Shown here: piece by piece, positions 1-10,719 of the stretch
Layout: each line of letters opens with the position of its first letter
How positions within the stretch are numbered: the stretch's first letter is position 1
NCBI GenBank assembly: GCA_963422735.1
Contig: OY730476.1
Coordinates: forward strand, 2,880,001 to 2,944,000
Direction: 5' to 3'
Origin: Candidatus Latescibacterota bacterium
Lineage (GTDB): Bacteria > Latescibacterota > UBA2968 > UBA8231
Length of the DNA: 64,000 bases
Position numbers and translations under genes: made by a program
The notes under the pieces: generated by a model
Database searches by the model: none
The model's input: the letters and a program-made list of their open reading frames with translations, nothing else
What the model was told of the DNA's origin: nothing

Positions 1-523
1 CGGCGTCTAGGGCTACCAGATACATCTGCTCCGCCAAGTCTGCGCTGTCCCGATAGCTGTAAATGAGGCCCAAATTGTAGTGGGTAGTCGCCCGCTGTGG
101 ATCCAAGACGAGGGCTCTTTGGAAAGCGACTAGGGCGGCATCCGTGTCGCTGTACTGCACCTGGGCAAAGGCTCTGGCCGTGTGTATAACGCCAAGTATA
201 TCATAAAGTTCGGCCTCTTCAGGGCCGAGAGCCATTGCCCGCTCCACCGCCTGTTGGGCGTCGGTGAATTGGCCTACAGCCAGATGGGAACGGGCTAGAT
301 AGCGGTAGGTCTCGCGCTCTTCGCCGCCCTGTTCGAGTGCCTTTTGGAAAGCCGCGATGGCGATCTGGTGATTACCCGCTAGAAAGTGCTGGAGGCCTCG
401 CTCGAAAAACGGATCGGCCCCAACTTCCTCCAATTCCCCACTCTTTGCACAGGCCGTCAGCACAGGTGTGGAGGCCGCGATCAAAAAGCGAACTATGAGC
501 AAGCAGACAAACGGGATAGCCAT
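1..523 (-). CDS. Tetratricopeptide-repeat (TPR) protein, possibly a lipoprotein; 3' part runs off the window
   Basis: Manual translation from ATG at 523: MAIPFVCLLIVRFLIAASTPVLTACAK...FERGLQHFLAGNHQIAIAAFQKALE...ALVAFQRALVLDPQRATTHYNLGLIY. Typical TPR helices; hydrophobic N-terminus with LTAC. Not in the ORF track because it has no stop in the window. Confidence 0.85.
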   Translation of the reverse strand, partial: MAIPFVCLLIVRFLIAASTPVLTACAKSGELEEVGADPFFERGLQHFLAGNHQIAIAAFQKALEQGGEERETYRYLARSHLAVGQFTDAQQAVERAMALGPEEAELYDILGVIHTARAFAQVQYSDTDAALVAFQRALVLDPQRATTHYNLGLIYSYRDSADLAEQMYLVALDA

Positions 524-524
524 C

Positions 525-615
525 GGTTAGTGGTTAGTGGTTAGTGGTTAGTGGTTAGTGGTTAGTGGTTAGTGGTTAGTGGTTAGTGGTTAGTGGTTAG
601 TGGTTAGTGGTTAGT
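525..615. repeat. Perfect tandem heptamer repeat (GGTTAGT)x13
   Basis: 91 bp = 13 exact copies, read directly. Lies 1 bp upstream of the TPR ATG on the minus strand. Confidence 0.98.
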
Positions 616-839
616 CCCATCCGCCCCCTTGGCGACGGGGCCCGGAACATCGACGCGGGGGACCGCGCTGGTCCGGACGAGGGCTAAGGGCATGCCGAGT
701 CAAACCGCCTAAATGAAACCTGAATCCCCAACCGTACACTAGGAAATTCCGTTGAATATTTTTCTGCACAGCGTCTATGATTTTATCGAATAGCCGCGAT
801 AGCAGTGGCCTATGATAATAAAAGAACGGTGCTAATCCA

Positions 840-2271
840 ATGCATCTTAGTCGTTTCAACAACAAGAAAATCGCCGTGATGTCTAAGGCTCTCATCGCGG
901 CGATTTTGGCCACTTTAGTCTCTGGTTGGTCCGTCTTTCCCGCTAGGTCACAACCCCTGCCAGTGAAATTCATCGACCGGGCAGCAACCAACGGCATCGC
1001 TGCGTCGAACGCGTCGGGTGACGCCCAGCAATATATTGTCGAGGGCATGATGGGCGGAGCGGCGTTTTTCGATGCCGATGGCGACGGCGATGTGGATATT
1101 TACGTCACCAACGGCTCGCGCTTTGCCGGCTTCCCTCCCGGCCAGCATCCAGCCAATTACCTGTACCGCAACGAGGGGGGCTTCTTTGAAGATGTTGCGA
1201 CCCATGTCGGGGTGGGGGATACCAGCTAGTCCATGGGCTGCGCGGTGGCTGATTACGACAACGATGGTCACTTAGACCTTTACGGCACTAATTTTGGTCG
1301 CAACAGGCTCTACCGCAATCGAGCCAATGGCCCCTTCGAGGACGCGACTTCGGCGGCCGGAGTGGGAGACCGGCGTTGGGGCACAGGCTGTACATTTGGA
1401 GATTACGACCGGGACGGCCACGTAGATCTCTACGTGGCCAATTTTTCACCTTGGACTACCAATCGACGATACCCTGTCAGTGGAAAAATATCCCTGTCTA
1501 CTGTGGACCTCGGGGGCTGCCACCGGCGGCTGATATTCTCTACCGCAATGAGGGCGACGGCACTTTTGCCGATGCCAGCAAAAGCACCGGCATCAACGAG
1601 CTTTATTACAGTATGGCGGCCAGCTTCGCCGATTTGGACGACGACGGCTGGCCGGATCTTTTTGTGGCCAATGACTCCATGCCCGACCAGCTCTACCACA
1701 ACCAGACCGATGGCACTTTTAAAGAGGTGGCACTACTGGCCGGGGTGGCCTATAGCGGCGAAGGCGTCAAGCAGGAATGCATGGGATTGGCCCTGAGCGA
1801 TTACGAAAACGACGGGCTAATCGATATATTGGCCACCAATTTTGCCGATGAGCACAATGTGCTCTACAGGAGCAGCGGTGGCCTTTTCCTCACCGATGTC
1901 TCCTACCTGTCTAGAGTCGCTGGCACTGGCAGCCGCCAAGTCGCTTGGGGCACGGCCTTCTTCGATTACGACAACTACGGCGATCGAGATTTCTTCGTGG
2001 CCAATGGCCACACCTATCCACAAGCCGATTTGCCCCAAGCCAATAGCAGCTATCGGGAGAAGAACCCGGGCGGGGATTGGAGCCCGCATCGCCATTAGTG
2101 CGGCCGGCGACAGTTTGCCCAAGTGCTGAGCGGGGGAAGCTATCTTTCCCACCGCGATTTAAAAGTGCATTTCGGCTTGGGCCGTTCCACCTTAGGTGGC
2201 CCAGCGGTGTTGTGCAGACGCTGCGCGACGTACCGGCGAACCAAGTCCTTGTAGTGCGAGAACCTCAATAA
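840..2271 (+). pseudogene. CRTAC1/ASPIC-UnbV family FG-GAP repeat protein, disrupted
   Basis: FG-GAP motifs ([40 protein letters not shown]) and ASPIC tail (RWPSGVVQTLRDVPANQ) are spread over several frames. In-frame TAG at 1227-1229, frameshift near 1440, and apparent deletion/frameshift near 2060-2170. Confidence 0.85.
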
Positions 2272-3160
2272 CCCCTACTGGCTTTCTGTGAAACGACATC
2301 ACCCTTCCGTAGCTGATGCATCCGCACCAAATTTTCTTCAAAGATGGCGACGGGGTACTTCTGCCGCAGACCACGGACATAGTTCACATAGCCATTTCTA
2401 GCCTCCGGGCCCGCCGCTGGGAATTGTCATCGTAGGGTATGTTTCGCGCTTTCGCTCCTCGACCCTGAATACTGAATATCCTTCCTCTACCTTTACCTTG
2501 ATTGGCCCACCCACTTCACCCACTTCCAGAGACTGGACCGCCTCGTAAATCCGAGGGTAAAGGTTTTGGGTGTACATATTGAGTTTCAACCTAGCTCTAT
2601 GGTGTCCGCTTTCCTCGCGCTTGGTGTATTGCTGCGCTAGGCGTTGCGGATCTTGGGTCTCTTGGATTTCCTCCTTGAGACGCTGGGCCAGAAAATCAGC
2701 GGACACCACATCTGCCCGGGGATCCCTATCCGGCTGGAGCAGCAGACCCTCTGCCTCGACGCCTTTGATTACTGTCCAGCGCACCGCAAAAATCTGGTGC
2801 CCGCGCCCTTGGGCTAGTTGAGCTTGCGGAGCGTTTCTCCCGGACACATCCGTCGTAATCTGGAGCTGGACCACCGGGCGTTGATCTGTAAGACCAATGA
2901 TCTTCGAGAAGCACTGGCGATTTTTTTCGATGGATTGGACGTAGTTTGAATGAGAGGAAAAATCCCGTTTCCAGTGCCGCACCCGGCGGTCGATAGAGGT
3001 CTTCAGTTAGCGCTGGAGAAAGCGGTTTATGCCCCCTACCATCTGGTCGGCGAGATCCCCTTCCATTTCGAGGAAGGCCGTGCCAGCCAAGGGTTTGCCT
3101 GTAGGGGAAACTTTATCCATGGGGTTCCCTCCAGAAGCCGTCTTGTAGAAGTTGGCTAAA
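2272..3160 (-). pseudogene. Chimeric gene debris: hydrolase-like fragments plus a PpiC/parvulin PPIase fragment
   Basis: ORF 2398-2982 ends with AVQSLEVGEVGGPIKVKVEEGYSVFRVEER (parvulin C-terminus), joined to unrelated sequence (HWKRDFSSHSNYVQSIEKNR, AVRWTVIKGVEAEGLLLQP). Confidence 0.5.
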
Positions 3161-3256
3161 TCCCTATTCTGACTGGTTATTGCTCGGAATTACGGATACG
3201 TTTTCATCCGAAAAAAGAATCGCTGGAATCCATCTCTATGGAAAGGGGTAACACCC

Positions 3257-4204
3257 ATGGAGAGAGCAAATTGCGAGTTTTTCAGAAACAACGGATATCT
3301 GGTCCTCGGCAATGTCCTAAACGATGAGGAAGTAACCCGATGTCTCCAATTTTTCGACCGCAACCGGAGTGAACACGCCTATCTGTGGCGCTATCTCGGA
3401 CACGACACGCACCAGACCGGCAACACAGATTGTCTGCAAAGCTGGTTCGAAGTGGATGAGATCGTCCGGCACCCCAAGCTCCTGCCCATTGTGCGCGAGT
3501 TGATGGGAGGACCGCTCTGCCTGCTCGAAGTCAGCGCCCGTCACATGGACATGCACCCCGGTGCCGTGAAGATCGCTCAGCAATGGTACCGGGACGTCCG
3601 TCATCTGGAAGAGCATCCGCTGCGCATAAACTATATCCAAGCGATGGTTTACTTGACCGACGTGAACGAAGAGACCCATTGTTTTACCATTTCACCCGAA
3701 TCGGTCAATGACCCTATTTTGGAGAGAGACGCGCAACTGGAAAAGGGCGGCATCGAGTACCTCCACGGTCCGGCCGGAACGGTTATCCTTTTTAACGCCT
3801 CGGTGCTACATACGGCCACCGTGCGAACCACTGATTGCGAACGCAAGACAGTGCAAATATACTATTGCCATCGGGACAAAAATCTAGGAAGCCTCGACAT
3901 GGTGATCCCCGCCCGGCTGTGGCGTGACCATCCGGATCCGGCATCTAGGGCGTTCTACGGCCCTCAGGGCAAATCGGCACCTCCGACTCAATACCGAGAG
4001 CTGACGAATGGTCACATCGACATCAATTTTTTACCCGATTCCCACCTTTCCCGGGCCGAGGACAGGTGTCCGTGGAACGAAGCCGACGGCACGGACGAGC
4101 ACCAATGCATAAGCACAAATAAGGTCATTTGCCAGCACTTCCGCGGCATTAGAAGACCGAATATTGTGCAGTGCAGTTACCCCGAAAAGGAGGCATTGGA
4201 TTAG
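3257..4204 (+). CDS. Phytanoyl-CoA dioxygenase (PhyH) family protein with Cys-rich C-terminal extension
   Basis: FFRNNGYLVL start; W(Y)RD; AMVYLTDV; GPAGTVILFNASVLH...R motifs. RBS-like AAGGGG upstream. Confidence 0.8.
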   Translation: MERANCEFFRNNGYLVLGNVLNDEEVTRCLQFFDRNRSEHAYLWRYLGHDTHQTGNTDCLQSWFEVDEIVRHPKLLPIVRELMGGPLCLLEVSARHMDMHPGAVKIAQQWYRDVRHLEEHPLRINYIQAMVYLTDVNEETHCFTISPESVNDPILERDAQLEKGGIEYLHGPAGTVILFNASVLHTATVRTTDCERKTVQIYYCHRDKNLGSLDMVIPARLWRDHPDPASRAFYGPQGKSAPPTQYRELTNGHIDINFLPDSHLSRAEDRCPWNEADGTDEHQCISTNKVICQHFRGIRRPNIVQCSYPEKEALD

Positions 4205-4261
4205 TGGGCTGCCTCATCCCCAGAAAATTGCGTTCCGACTCATGCTGGTGGGCTGATTCCC

Positions 4262-5245
4262 TTACAACTCCTCCACCGCCTGCAAGGCCGCATGGATATA
4301 GCCGAAGGCATAGGCAAAGCCGACCTTGCCCGGCTCAGGGCCGCCGATCCCGGGGACGTGATCCGGCATGATCATGTACTCGTAGCCAACCTCCTTGTAC
4401 ACCTTCAGTGCCCGGATCATATTGATATCGCCTTCGTCGGGAAAGACCTCGACGAAGTTACCCAAGCCCCCTTTGATATTGCGGAAGTGGACGTTGAAAA
4501 TCTTCTTGCGCTCGCCGAAGTAGCGAATGACATCGAAGATCTCCTCCGCCGGATTGACCAGCGCCTCGGACATGCAGCCTTGGCAGAAATTCAGACCGTT
4601 GTACGGACTGTAGTAGAGCGCGATGAGCTTTTTGAAGCCCTCGACCATTCCCAAGGGACGCGCCACGCCCCGGTACGTACGGCCCACGCCAATGCCCGGG
4701 TCGGACGGATGGCAGGCCATCTGGACTTTGTATTCTTCGGCCACGGGCATGATCTCTTGTAGCCAGTGGTCAATGCGCGCCCACATTTCGTCTTCATCGG
4801 CCGGCCCGTCTTTGAACTCGCCTAGCGACTGATCCAATTTGTCAAACTCAAAGGTCGATACCGTGGCACCTCCGCGCCCCGTCTTCGCGGGCGTCCGCAG
4901 GTGGCCCAAGATGGTGATATTGTAGTTGAGGCCGCGGATGCCAGCCTCGCCCGCCATCCGCACCGTCTCTTTCATCCAGTCGATCTGGCGGTCGCGCTCG
5001 TCGCTCGGTTTGAGAAAGATCGCCCCGGCCTCGTTGTCGTAGGCGCTGCGCGACCCCAAGGGGATGTGGATCATCTCCATGCTGATGCCGTGTTTGCCCC
5101 ACCGCTCCTTCATCTGCAGTAGCATATCCGTGCTCCATTCCCGCCACGGCGCAGAAGGAGTCTGATCGACGTTTTTGATGCCGAGTTGCGACAAGACTTG
5201 CATTTCTTCGTCGGTCTGTTCCCCGAATTGCGATCCGATGTACAT
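4262..5245 (-). CDS. Mannonate dehydratase (UxuA) family protein
   Basis: MACHPSDP, NGLNFCQGC, VHFRN, EVFPDEGD, MPDHVP motifs. GGAGGA RBS before ATG at 5245. Confidence 0.85.
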   Translation of the reverse strand: MYIGSQFGEQTDEEMQVLSQLGIKNVDQTPSAPWREWSTDMLLQMKERWGKHGISMEMIHIPLGSRSAYDNEAGAIFLKPSDERDRQIDWMKETVRMAGEAGIRGLNYNITILGHLRTPAKTGRGGATVSTFEFDKLDQSLGEFKDGPADEDEMWARIDHWLQEIMPVAEEYKVQMACHPSDPGIGVGRTYRGVARPLGMVEGFKKLIALYYSPYNGLNFCQGCMSEALVNPAEEIFDVIRYFGERKKIFNVHFRNIKGGLGNFVEVFPDEGDINMIRALKVYKEVGYEYMIMPDHVPGIGGPEPGKVGFAYAFGYIHAALQAVEEL

Positions 5246-5304
5246 AGCGTATCCTCCCAATGGTCGGTCTAGTTATGAACGAATATAAGGCCGTCGCGGT
5301 AGTG

Positions 5305-6042
5305 CTAGCTCGGCGCATCCGACTGGAATAGCGTAACCCCCATCTCCAGATACTTGTCGCGTTCTGCAGGCGTAGTACTCGTCCCCATGGCCAGACGAAT
5401 GCCGGTACCAGCCAATTGGGCGGCGACATTGCGCATACAGTCATCAACGGTGCATAGCGGATAGTCCGGGTGATCTTCCAAGCTAAAGGAAAGGTCGTTG
5501 GGACCAAAAGTGACCACGCTCACTCCCGGCTTGGCCAATTTGCGAATATTGGTCACCGCTTCGACGGATTCTATTTGGATCGCCAAAATCGCGTAGTCAT
5601 TCCACCACGCCGCATAAGCGCGTCGGTCGATCCCTTGGGTCGCGCCGCGCAGGCCGCGGCGATTTGCGCCCCCCCAACTGCGCCGCCCGATGGGACCGTA
5701 ATAGGCGTAGGCAATGGCGTCGTCCACGGTCTCCGGCTCCATGACCTCGGGGATCAAGACCGCGCTGGGACCCAAGTCGAGATAGCGCCCGACCATATAG
5801 GCATGTCGGGTGTGGGAGATGCGCAATTGCACATCGATATCCAGCTCTTCGGCCGCCCTGCAGTAGTTGACCAATTGCTCTTCGCTGAAGGGGGTGTGCT
5901 GGCTGTCGATCCAGATATAGTCGTACTGATCGGTTGACCATATATCGGCCAACTGCTCCTTGGTCGTGGTCAGCGAGCCGCGCAGGGCAACCAGCACTTC
6001 GCCATCTTGCATGCGTTGTCTGAGCGTTTTCTTTTGCGACAT
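5305..6042 (-). CDS. HpcH/HpaI aldolase family protein
   Basis: DYIWIDSQH, YLDLGP, GRRSWG, IQIESVEAV, FGPNDLS motifs. Co-oriented with the UxuA-like gene. Confidence 0.85.
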   Translation of the reverse strand: MSQKKTLRQRMQDGEVLVALRGSLTTTKEQLADIWSTDQYDYIWIDSQHTPFSEEQLVNYCRAAEELDIDVQLRISHTRHAYMVGRYLDLGPSAVLIPEVMEPETVDDAIAYAYYGPIGRRSWGGANRRGLRGATQGIDRRAYAAWWNDYAILAIQIESVEAVTNIRKLAKPGVSVVTFGPNDLSFSLEDHPDYPLCTVDDCMRNVAAQLAGTGIRLAMGTSTTPAERDKYLEMGVTLFQSDAPS

Positions 6043-6132
6043 AATGCACTCCTGTATTGGGCTAGTCTATTAAATGGGAAGGAACCCGTGGTTAGATTGG
6101 ATGGAACTAAAAAGGAAGGTGAATAAATCGAC

Positions 6133-6600
6133 ATGAGCGCGAAAGAGCTTTCTTCTGCCCCGGCCCCACTGGCCTACGGCACGCCGGAACAGCTAGTGCG
6201 AGACTTTGCCAGCCGAGGACTAGTCGTCCTAGCCCCGGAAAACCTCGGCATTCCGCTCGAGGTCCACGAGCGGATCTATCAGCGCGTTGCGCCCGAACTT
6301 CTTCCAGACATGCCCTTCGCGTCGTCGCAGCCTGCAACCAACTGGTCGGCGAGAACTGGGCCATTGTGCCGTTCACCCATAATGCGGCGGCCGCGATCAG
6401 CACTGGCACAAGGACGACGACAGCCCGTTCAATGGCCGCAAACAGCAGCAGCACCAAGCCGTGCAAATCGAAATGTGTACTATCCGCAGGCCGTGCGCGA
6501 AGACATGGGCCCGATGGCGACCATGCCCTATTCGCACTATTGGACCTTCAACCACGACAATTTCGCCGGGCCGACCACTCAAAAGGTCGTCGTTTCTTTT
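6133..6600 (+). pseudogene. Degraded PhyH-like dioxygenase
   Basis: FASRGLVVLAPE, a WHKDDD-like segment in another frame, and YYPQAVREDMGP...PYSHYWT. Broken by frameshifts and truncated. Confidence 0.55.
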
Positions 6601-7012
6601 GGTTTGACCAGATCACCGGCTCGTACCGTTTGCTGCGAAGCTCCGTCGAGAATAGCTCGGCAGCTTTTTAGTTGGCGAGTGCTACGAAGGATAAGACAGG
6701 ACGGGATGGGATATTTTGCGCCGCCATTTGAATTATGCCCCCTCAATTAATGATCGAAGTGCTTTGTTGACTGATTCAGAATCGGGAAAATGTAGTTTTA
6801 CATCCGGGTCGAGCATCACACAATCGTCTGCGGGTGCAACGTCGCGCAGCAAGGGTAGCCGTTATATGACTCTACAGACGTGGGCCTGCGGGCGGGCGGT
6901 GCGCCACCGGGTCGACGATCCCGCACCCAAGCGACTACGAGATTGACACTGTTCAATGGCCCCTCGTGCTTTGATTCTGTAGCGCGAAGCCGCGAAGCCT
7001 TCGAGGGGGAAT

Positions 7013-8578
7013 ATGAACTCAGTAGCATATTTTTTACTGGCTCTGTGCCTGTTGTACCCTACCCTGACCTTTGGCGACGAACGCCCTGATGTCCAGCAGA
7101 TACAGGTTGTAGTACAGCGCTTCTACGAGGCGTGGAACCAACAGGACTTCGTCGCCGCTGAAGACCTAATTGGCGAGAGCGTCGTCGAACTCGACATGCG
7201 CGACCGCCGGGAGCCACAGACTTGGATTTTGCGCAAGGTGCAGTCCCGCGAGGAGTTCCTCGACGGGATTGTCGGCGAGTGGACTGGCGGCGACGGTTGG
7301 GACTACGACGAGGAAATCCACCAGTACATCAAGAAGGCCGAGTTTTTCGACATCCTCCTGTGGGGCGATCGGGCCATGGCTATAACGCAGGAGCACTTGG
7401 TAGGCGCGTCCGGTCCTGCGGGCAAGGAGCAATACAGTGCCTATTTGCTCGACCGGGGGGATGGCAACTGGAAGATCGCCGGCGTCCTCCACCAAGTACC
7501 CGCCGAAGAATACAAGACAGTCGCAGTCGAGCCACGCGGCGAGCGGCTCCGCGTCCGCATCTTCGTCGATGGGGGCGACGAGGTGTTCGCAGATGGCGAG
7601 GGCCTGTGGGTCGAGCACCGCTACGGTGCCCTGCCCGGGCGGCACGAGGACGGCGATGGCTTTTCGCCCGTCGAGGTCAATGGAGTGCGTTGGCAACCCG
7701 TCTGGCAGGGCGACAGGACCCGCAAGGTGTATTTTGCCGACCGGGTTGCATGGCCTTCCGGCACTCAGTACCGCCTAGTCAAGCACGAGGCGCGCGACGT
7801 CGCGCAGTTGGAAAGGAAACCCCAAGCACCCGGCGACACCCTCAGCATCGTCTTAGCCGACCAAGATAGCGGAGCCGATTGGTACGACGTGGAGGTGCGC
7901 TGGGGCGACGAGGCAGCCGACCCCGGCGCAGGGCTGCCCGAGCCAAACCCGCCCGGCCGCGAGGACTTGCTCATCGAAGTCCTATTCGATGGCGAGATCC
8001 GCGACACCAGCCCGCATCAGCACCCGCTCAAAAACGTTAAAGTAGTGCTCACCGAGGACCGCGCTGGCACCAAAGACAGTGCCGGTTATTTCGATGGCGA
8101 GGCTGTCGTCGATATAGAAGGCTTTTTGCTAGATGGCCCCTTCAGCGTCTCAATCTGGGCCAAATACGACGAGATCGAAACGCGCCCTTATTGGTGGAAC
8201 AACTGCATCTGGGCGCAGGACAACGGCGGCGGAGTGCGCGTCTTCCAGCTCAGTACCTTGGGACGGCGAGTCACTTGGCACCGGATGCGCGACGACGAGG
8301 ATGACCTGCATTCCAAGCTCCTTTTGCGCAAGGGGCACTGGTACCATTTCGCGGCCGTCTTCGACGGAGATTATCACCGGCTCTTCGTCGATGGCGCGTT
8401 GCAGGAGCAGAAGCAAAGCGCGGTCGAAACCTCGCCCGACCAGCCCATTTACATCGGCGCGAAAAACCTCGACGAGACGGACTTCTTCTTCACCGGGGCC
8501 TTAGACGATGCACGGCTCTACGGGCGCGTACTGACAACCGCGGAAATCAGCGCGCTCTACCAAGGCTTGGCCGAATGA
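7013..8578 (+). CDS. Secreted multidomain protein: NTF2/SnoaL-like N-terminal domain and C-terminal LamG-like (concanavalin A) domain
   Basis: Signal peptide; VVQRFYEAWNQQD...GNWKI (NTF2-like); FSVSIW, WYHFAAVFDG, LFVDG, IYIG, FTGALDDARLYGRVLT (LamG). Confidence 0.75.
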   Translation: MNSVAYFLLALCLLYPTLTFGDERPDVQQIQVVVQRFYEAWNQQDFVAAEDLIGESVVELDMRDRREPQTWILRKVQSREEFLDGIVGEWTGGDGWDYDEEIHQYIKKAEFFDILLWGDRAMAITQEHLVGASGPAGKEQYSAYLLDRGDGNWKIAGVLHQVPAEEYKTVAVEPRGERLRVRIFVDGGDEVFADGEGLWVEHRYGALPGRHEDGDGFSPVEVNGVRWQPVWQGDRTRKVYFADRVAWPSGTQYRLVKHEARDVAQLERKPQAPGDTLSIVLADQDSGADWYDVEVRWGDEAADPGAGLPEPNPPGREDLLIEVLFDGEIRDTSPHQHPLKNVKVVLTEDRAGTKDSAGYFDGEAVVDIEGFLLDGPFSVSIWAKYDEIETRPYWWNNCIWAQDNGGGVRVFQLSTLGRRVTWHRMRDDEDDLHSKLLLRKGHWYHFAAVFDGDYHRLFVDGALQEQKQSAVETSPDQPIYIGAKNLDETDFFFTGALDDARLYGRVLTTAEISALYQGLAE

Positions 8579-8604
8579 CCATTACAGCGAGAAAGACCCG
8601 TCCC

Positions 8605-10515
8605 ATGCATCAGACGCGATTGTTAGTCAGCGCGTTACTGATCCTAGCCGCCGGCGCGGCCCGAGCCGAGGAATGGCCCTATTACGCGGCCGACGCCAAG
8701 AGCAGCAAATACGCGCCCCTGTCGCAGATTGACGGCACCAACTTCGCCCGGTTACAGGAGGTTTGGCGCTACGCACCCCCCGACAGCGCAATCGCCGCGG
8801 CCGAGGACATCTGGACCCGGTCGAACAAGGGCACTCCGCTGGTCATCGATGGCGTGCTGTACTACGGGTCGCCCTTCAACGTCCTCTGCGCCGTCGATCC
8901 GACAAACGGCCAAGAGCTGTGGACCTTCGACCCCCGGGCTTGGGAGGATCGGGGCGATTTCTGGGGCTTTTCGCGCGGCATCGCCTACTGGCAAAGCGGC
9001 GACAAGAAGCGCATCTTCTACGGCACGGCTTCCGATCGCCTCTATTCAATCGACGTCGAGACCGGCCAACCCGACCTCGCGTTCGGCAAGGGCGGCTTCG
9101 TCGATCTAGGCAAGGGACTACGTCGCCGCATCGACCGCAGCCGCTACTGCATCACGTCGCCGCCGATCGTCTGCCGCGACGTGGTGGTGGTGGGTTCCGG
9201 CATCACCGACTGGCACGACCGGCCTCCGGCCAAATACTCCACCCCCGGCGATGTGCGCGGCTTCGACGCCCACACCGGCGAGCAGGTGTGGGTCTTCCAG
9301 ACCGTGCCGCAAGAGGGCGAGTACGGCAACGACACTTGGGAAAACGACGCCTACCAGACCTATGGCCAAGCCAATGTATGGGCCGCCATGAGCGCCGACC
9401 ACGAGCTAGGCTACGTGTATCTCCCCGTCAGCAGCACCACCCACAACCACTACGGCGGCGAGCGCCCGGGTGCTAACCTTTTCAGCCAGACCTTAGTCTG
9501 CCTAAAGGCGGCAACCGGCGAGCGCGTCTGGCACTACCAGCTCATCCATCACGGCCTGTGGAACTACGACCCGCCGGCACCGCCGGTCCTAGCCGATATA
9601 GAAGTAAAAGGCAAAGCGATCAAGGGGCTAGCCATAGTGAGCAAACAGGCCTTTTGCTATGTATTCGACCGCACGACGGGCGAACCGGTCTGGCCGATCA
9701 AAGAGCACAAGGTGCCCAAGTCGAAAACTCCGGGCGAGCAAAGCTGGCCGACCCAGCCCTTCCCCAACAAGCCCGCGCCCTACGACCGCCAGGGTCTGCA
9801 GGAGGACGACCTGATCGACTTTACGCCCGAGTTGCGGAAAAAGGCACTGGCGATCCTGCAAAAATACGAGCACGGCCCGCTGTTCACCCCGCCCAGCGAA
9901 AAGGGTACGCTGGTATTGCCCGGGGGCTTGGGCGGTTCGGATTGGAGCGGCGCGGCGCTGGTGCCAAAAGAAAACGTGCTCTACGTGCCTTCGCGCACCC
10001 GTCCCGACATCGTGCGGCTAGAAAAGGTGGAGGGCCTGCGCGCCTTTTCGGACTACGCCTTTTTCAAGGACGACTCCGAATACGTCGATGGCCTACCGCT
10101 GACCAAGCCCCCCTACGGCCGGATTACCGCCATCGACTTAGACACCGGCGAGCACGTTTGGATGCGTCCGGTGGGCAAAGGCCCGGTCAATCACAAGGCC
10201 CTGCGCGACCTCGACCTGCCCGCTATGGGCTGGTTCCACTACAACTTTGTGCTCGCTACTGAGACCGTGCTGGTGGTGGTCTCGCACAACCCCGCCTGGT
10301 GGGGAGATGTCAGCAGCGACGCCTTTGTCGAAAATGGGCCCTATCTACGCGCCTTCGACCTAAATACAGGCGCAGTGCTGGCCGAGATGGAATTCCCCGG
10401 CCACCCCAACGGAAGCCCCATAAGCTATATGGCCGACGGGCGTCAGTATATCGTCTTTCCAATCAATAGCGACGACTGGGTGCCGCAGCTTTTGGCGCTT
10501 TCACTGCCGGAGTGA
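8605..10515 (+). CDS. PQQ-dependent dehydrogenase (quinoprotein glucose dehydrogenase-like, beta-propeller)
   Basis: Signal peptide; EWPYY; TPLVIDGVLY; GDVRGFDAHTGEQVW; WHYQLIHHGLWNYD; KPPYGRITAIDLDTGE. Start may instead be 8575. Confidence 0.9.
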   Translation: MHQTRLLVSALLILAAGAARAEEWPYYAADAKSSKYAPLSQIDGTNFARLQEVWRYAPPDSAIAAAEDIWTRSNKGTPLVIDGVLYYGSPFNVLCAVDPTNGQELWTFDPRAWEDRGDFWGFSRGIAYWQSGDKKRIFYGTASDRLYSIDVETGQPDLAFGKGGFVDLGKGLRRRIDRSRYCITSPPIVCRDVVVVGSGITDWHDRPPAKYSTPGDVRGFDAHTGEQVWVFQTVPQEGEYGNDTWENDAYQTYGQANVWAAMSADHELGYVYLPVSSTTHNHYGGERPGANLFSQTLVCLKAATGERVWHYQLIHHGLWNYDPPAPPVLADIEVKGKAIKGLAIVSKQAFCYVFDRTTGEPVWPIKEHKVPKSKTPGEQSWPTQPFPNKPAPYDRQGLQEDDLIDFTPELRKKALAILQKYEHGPLFTPPSEKGTLVLPGGLGGSDWSGAALVPKENVLYVPSRTRPDIVRLEKVEGLRAFSDYAFFKDDSEYVDGLPLTKPPYGRITAIDLDTGEHVWMRPVGKGPVNHKALRDLDLPAMGWFHYNFVLATETVLVVVSHNPAWWGDVSSDAFVENGPYLRAFDLNTGAVLAEMEFPGHPNGSPISYMADGRQYIVFPINSDDWVPQLLALSLPE

Positions 10516-10719
10516 AGCTGGGCGGCGGAAAGTTCCGAACTGACTTGTATTCAAGTGAGAATGCCGGGGGTAGAGTTCCACCAAGCGCAGAGTGCATGCT
10601 CAAAGGTGGGATTCGGCACTATGGGCCGCACCGGACACCAAGCGGAACCGAGCAGGGGTTCAGCCCATAAGCCAACGGCCAGATTGAGCGAGGGCGACCT
10701 CTTTCCCGCAAACCGGCGC

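Noticed and set aside
525-615. CRISPR array or telomere-like repeat
   Set aside because: No spacers or cas genes; it is a simple internal 7-mer array between bacterial genes.
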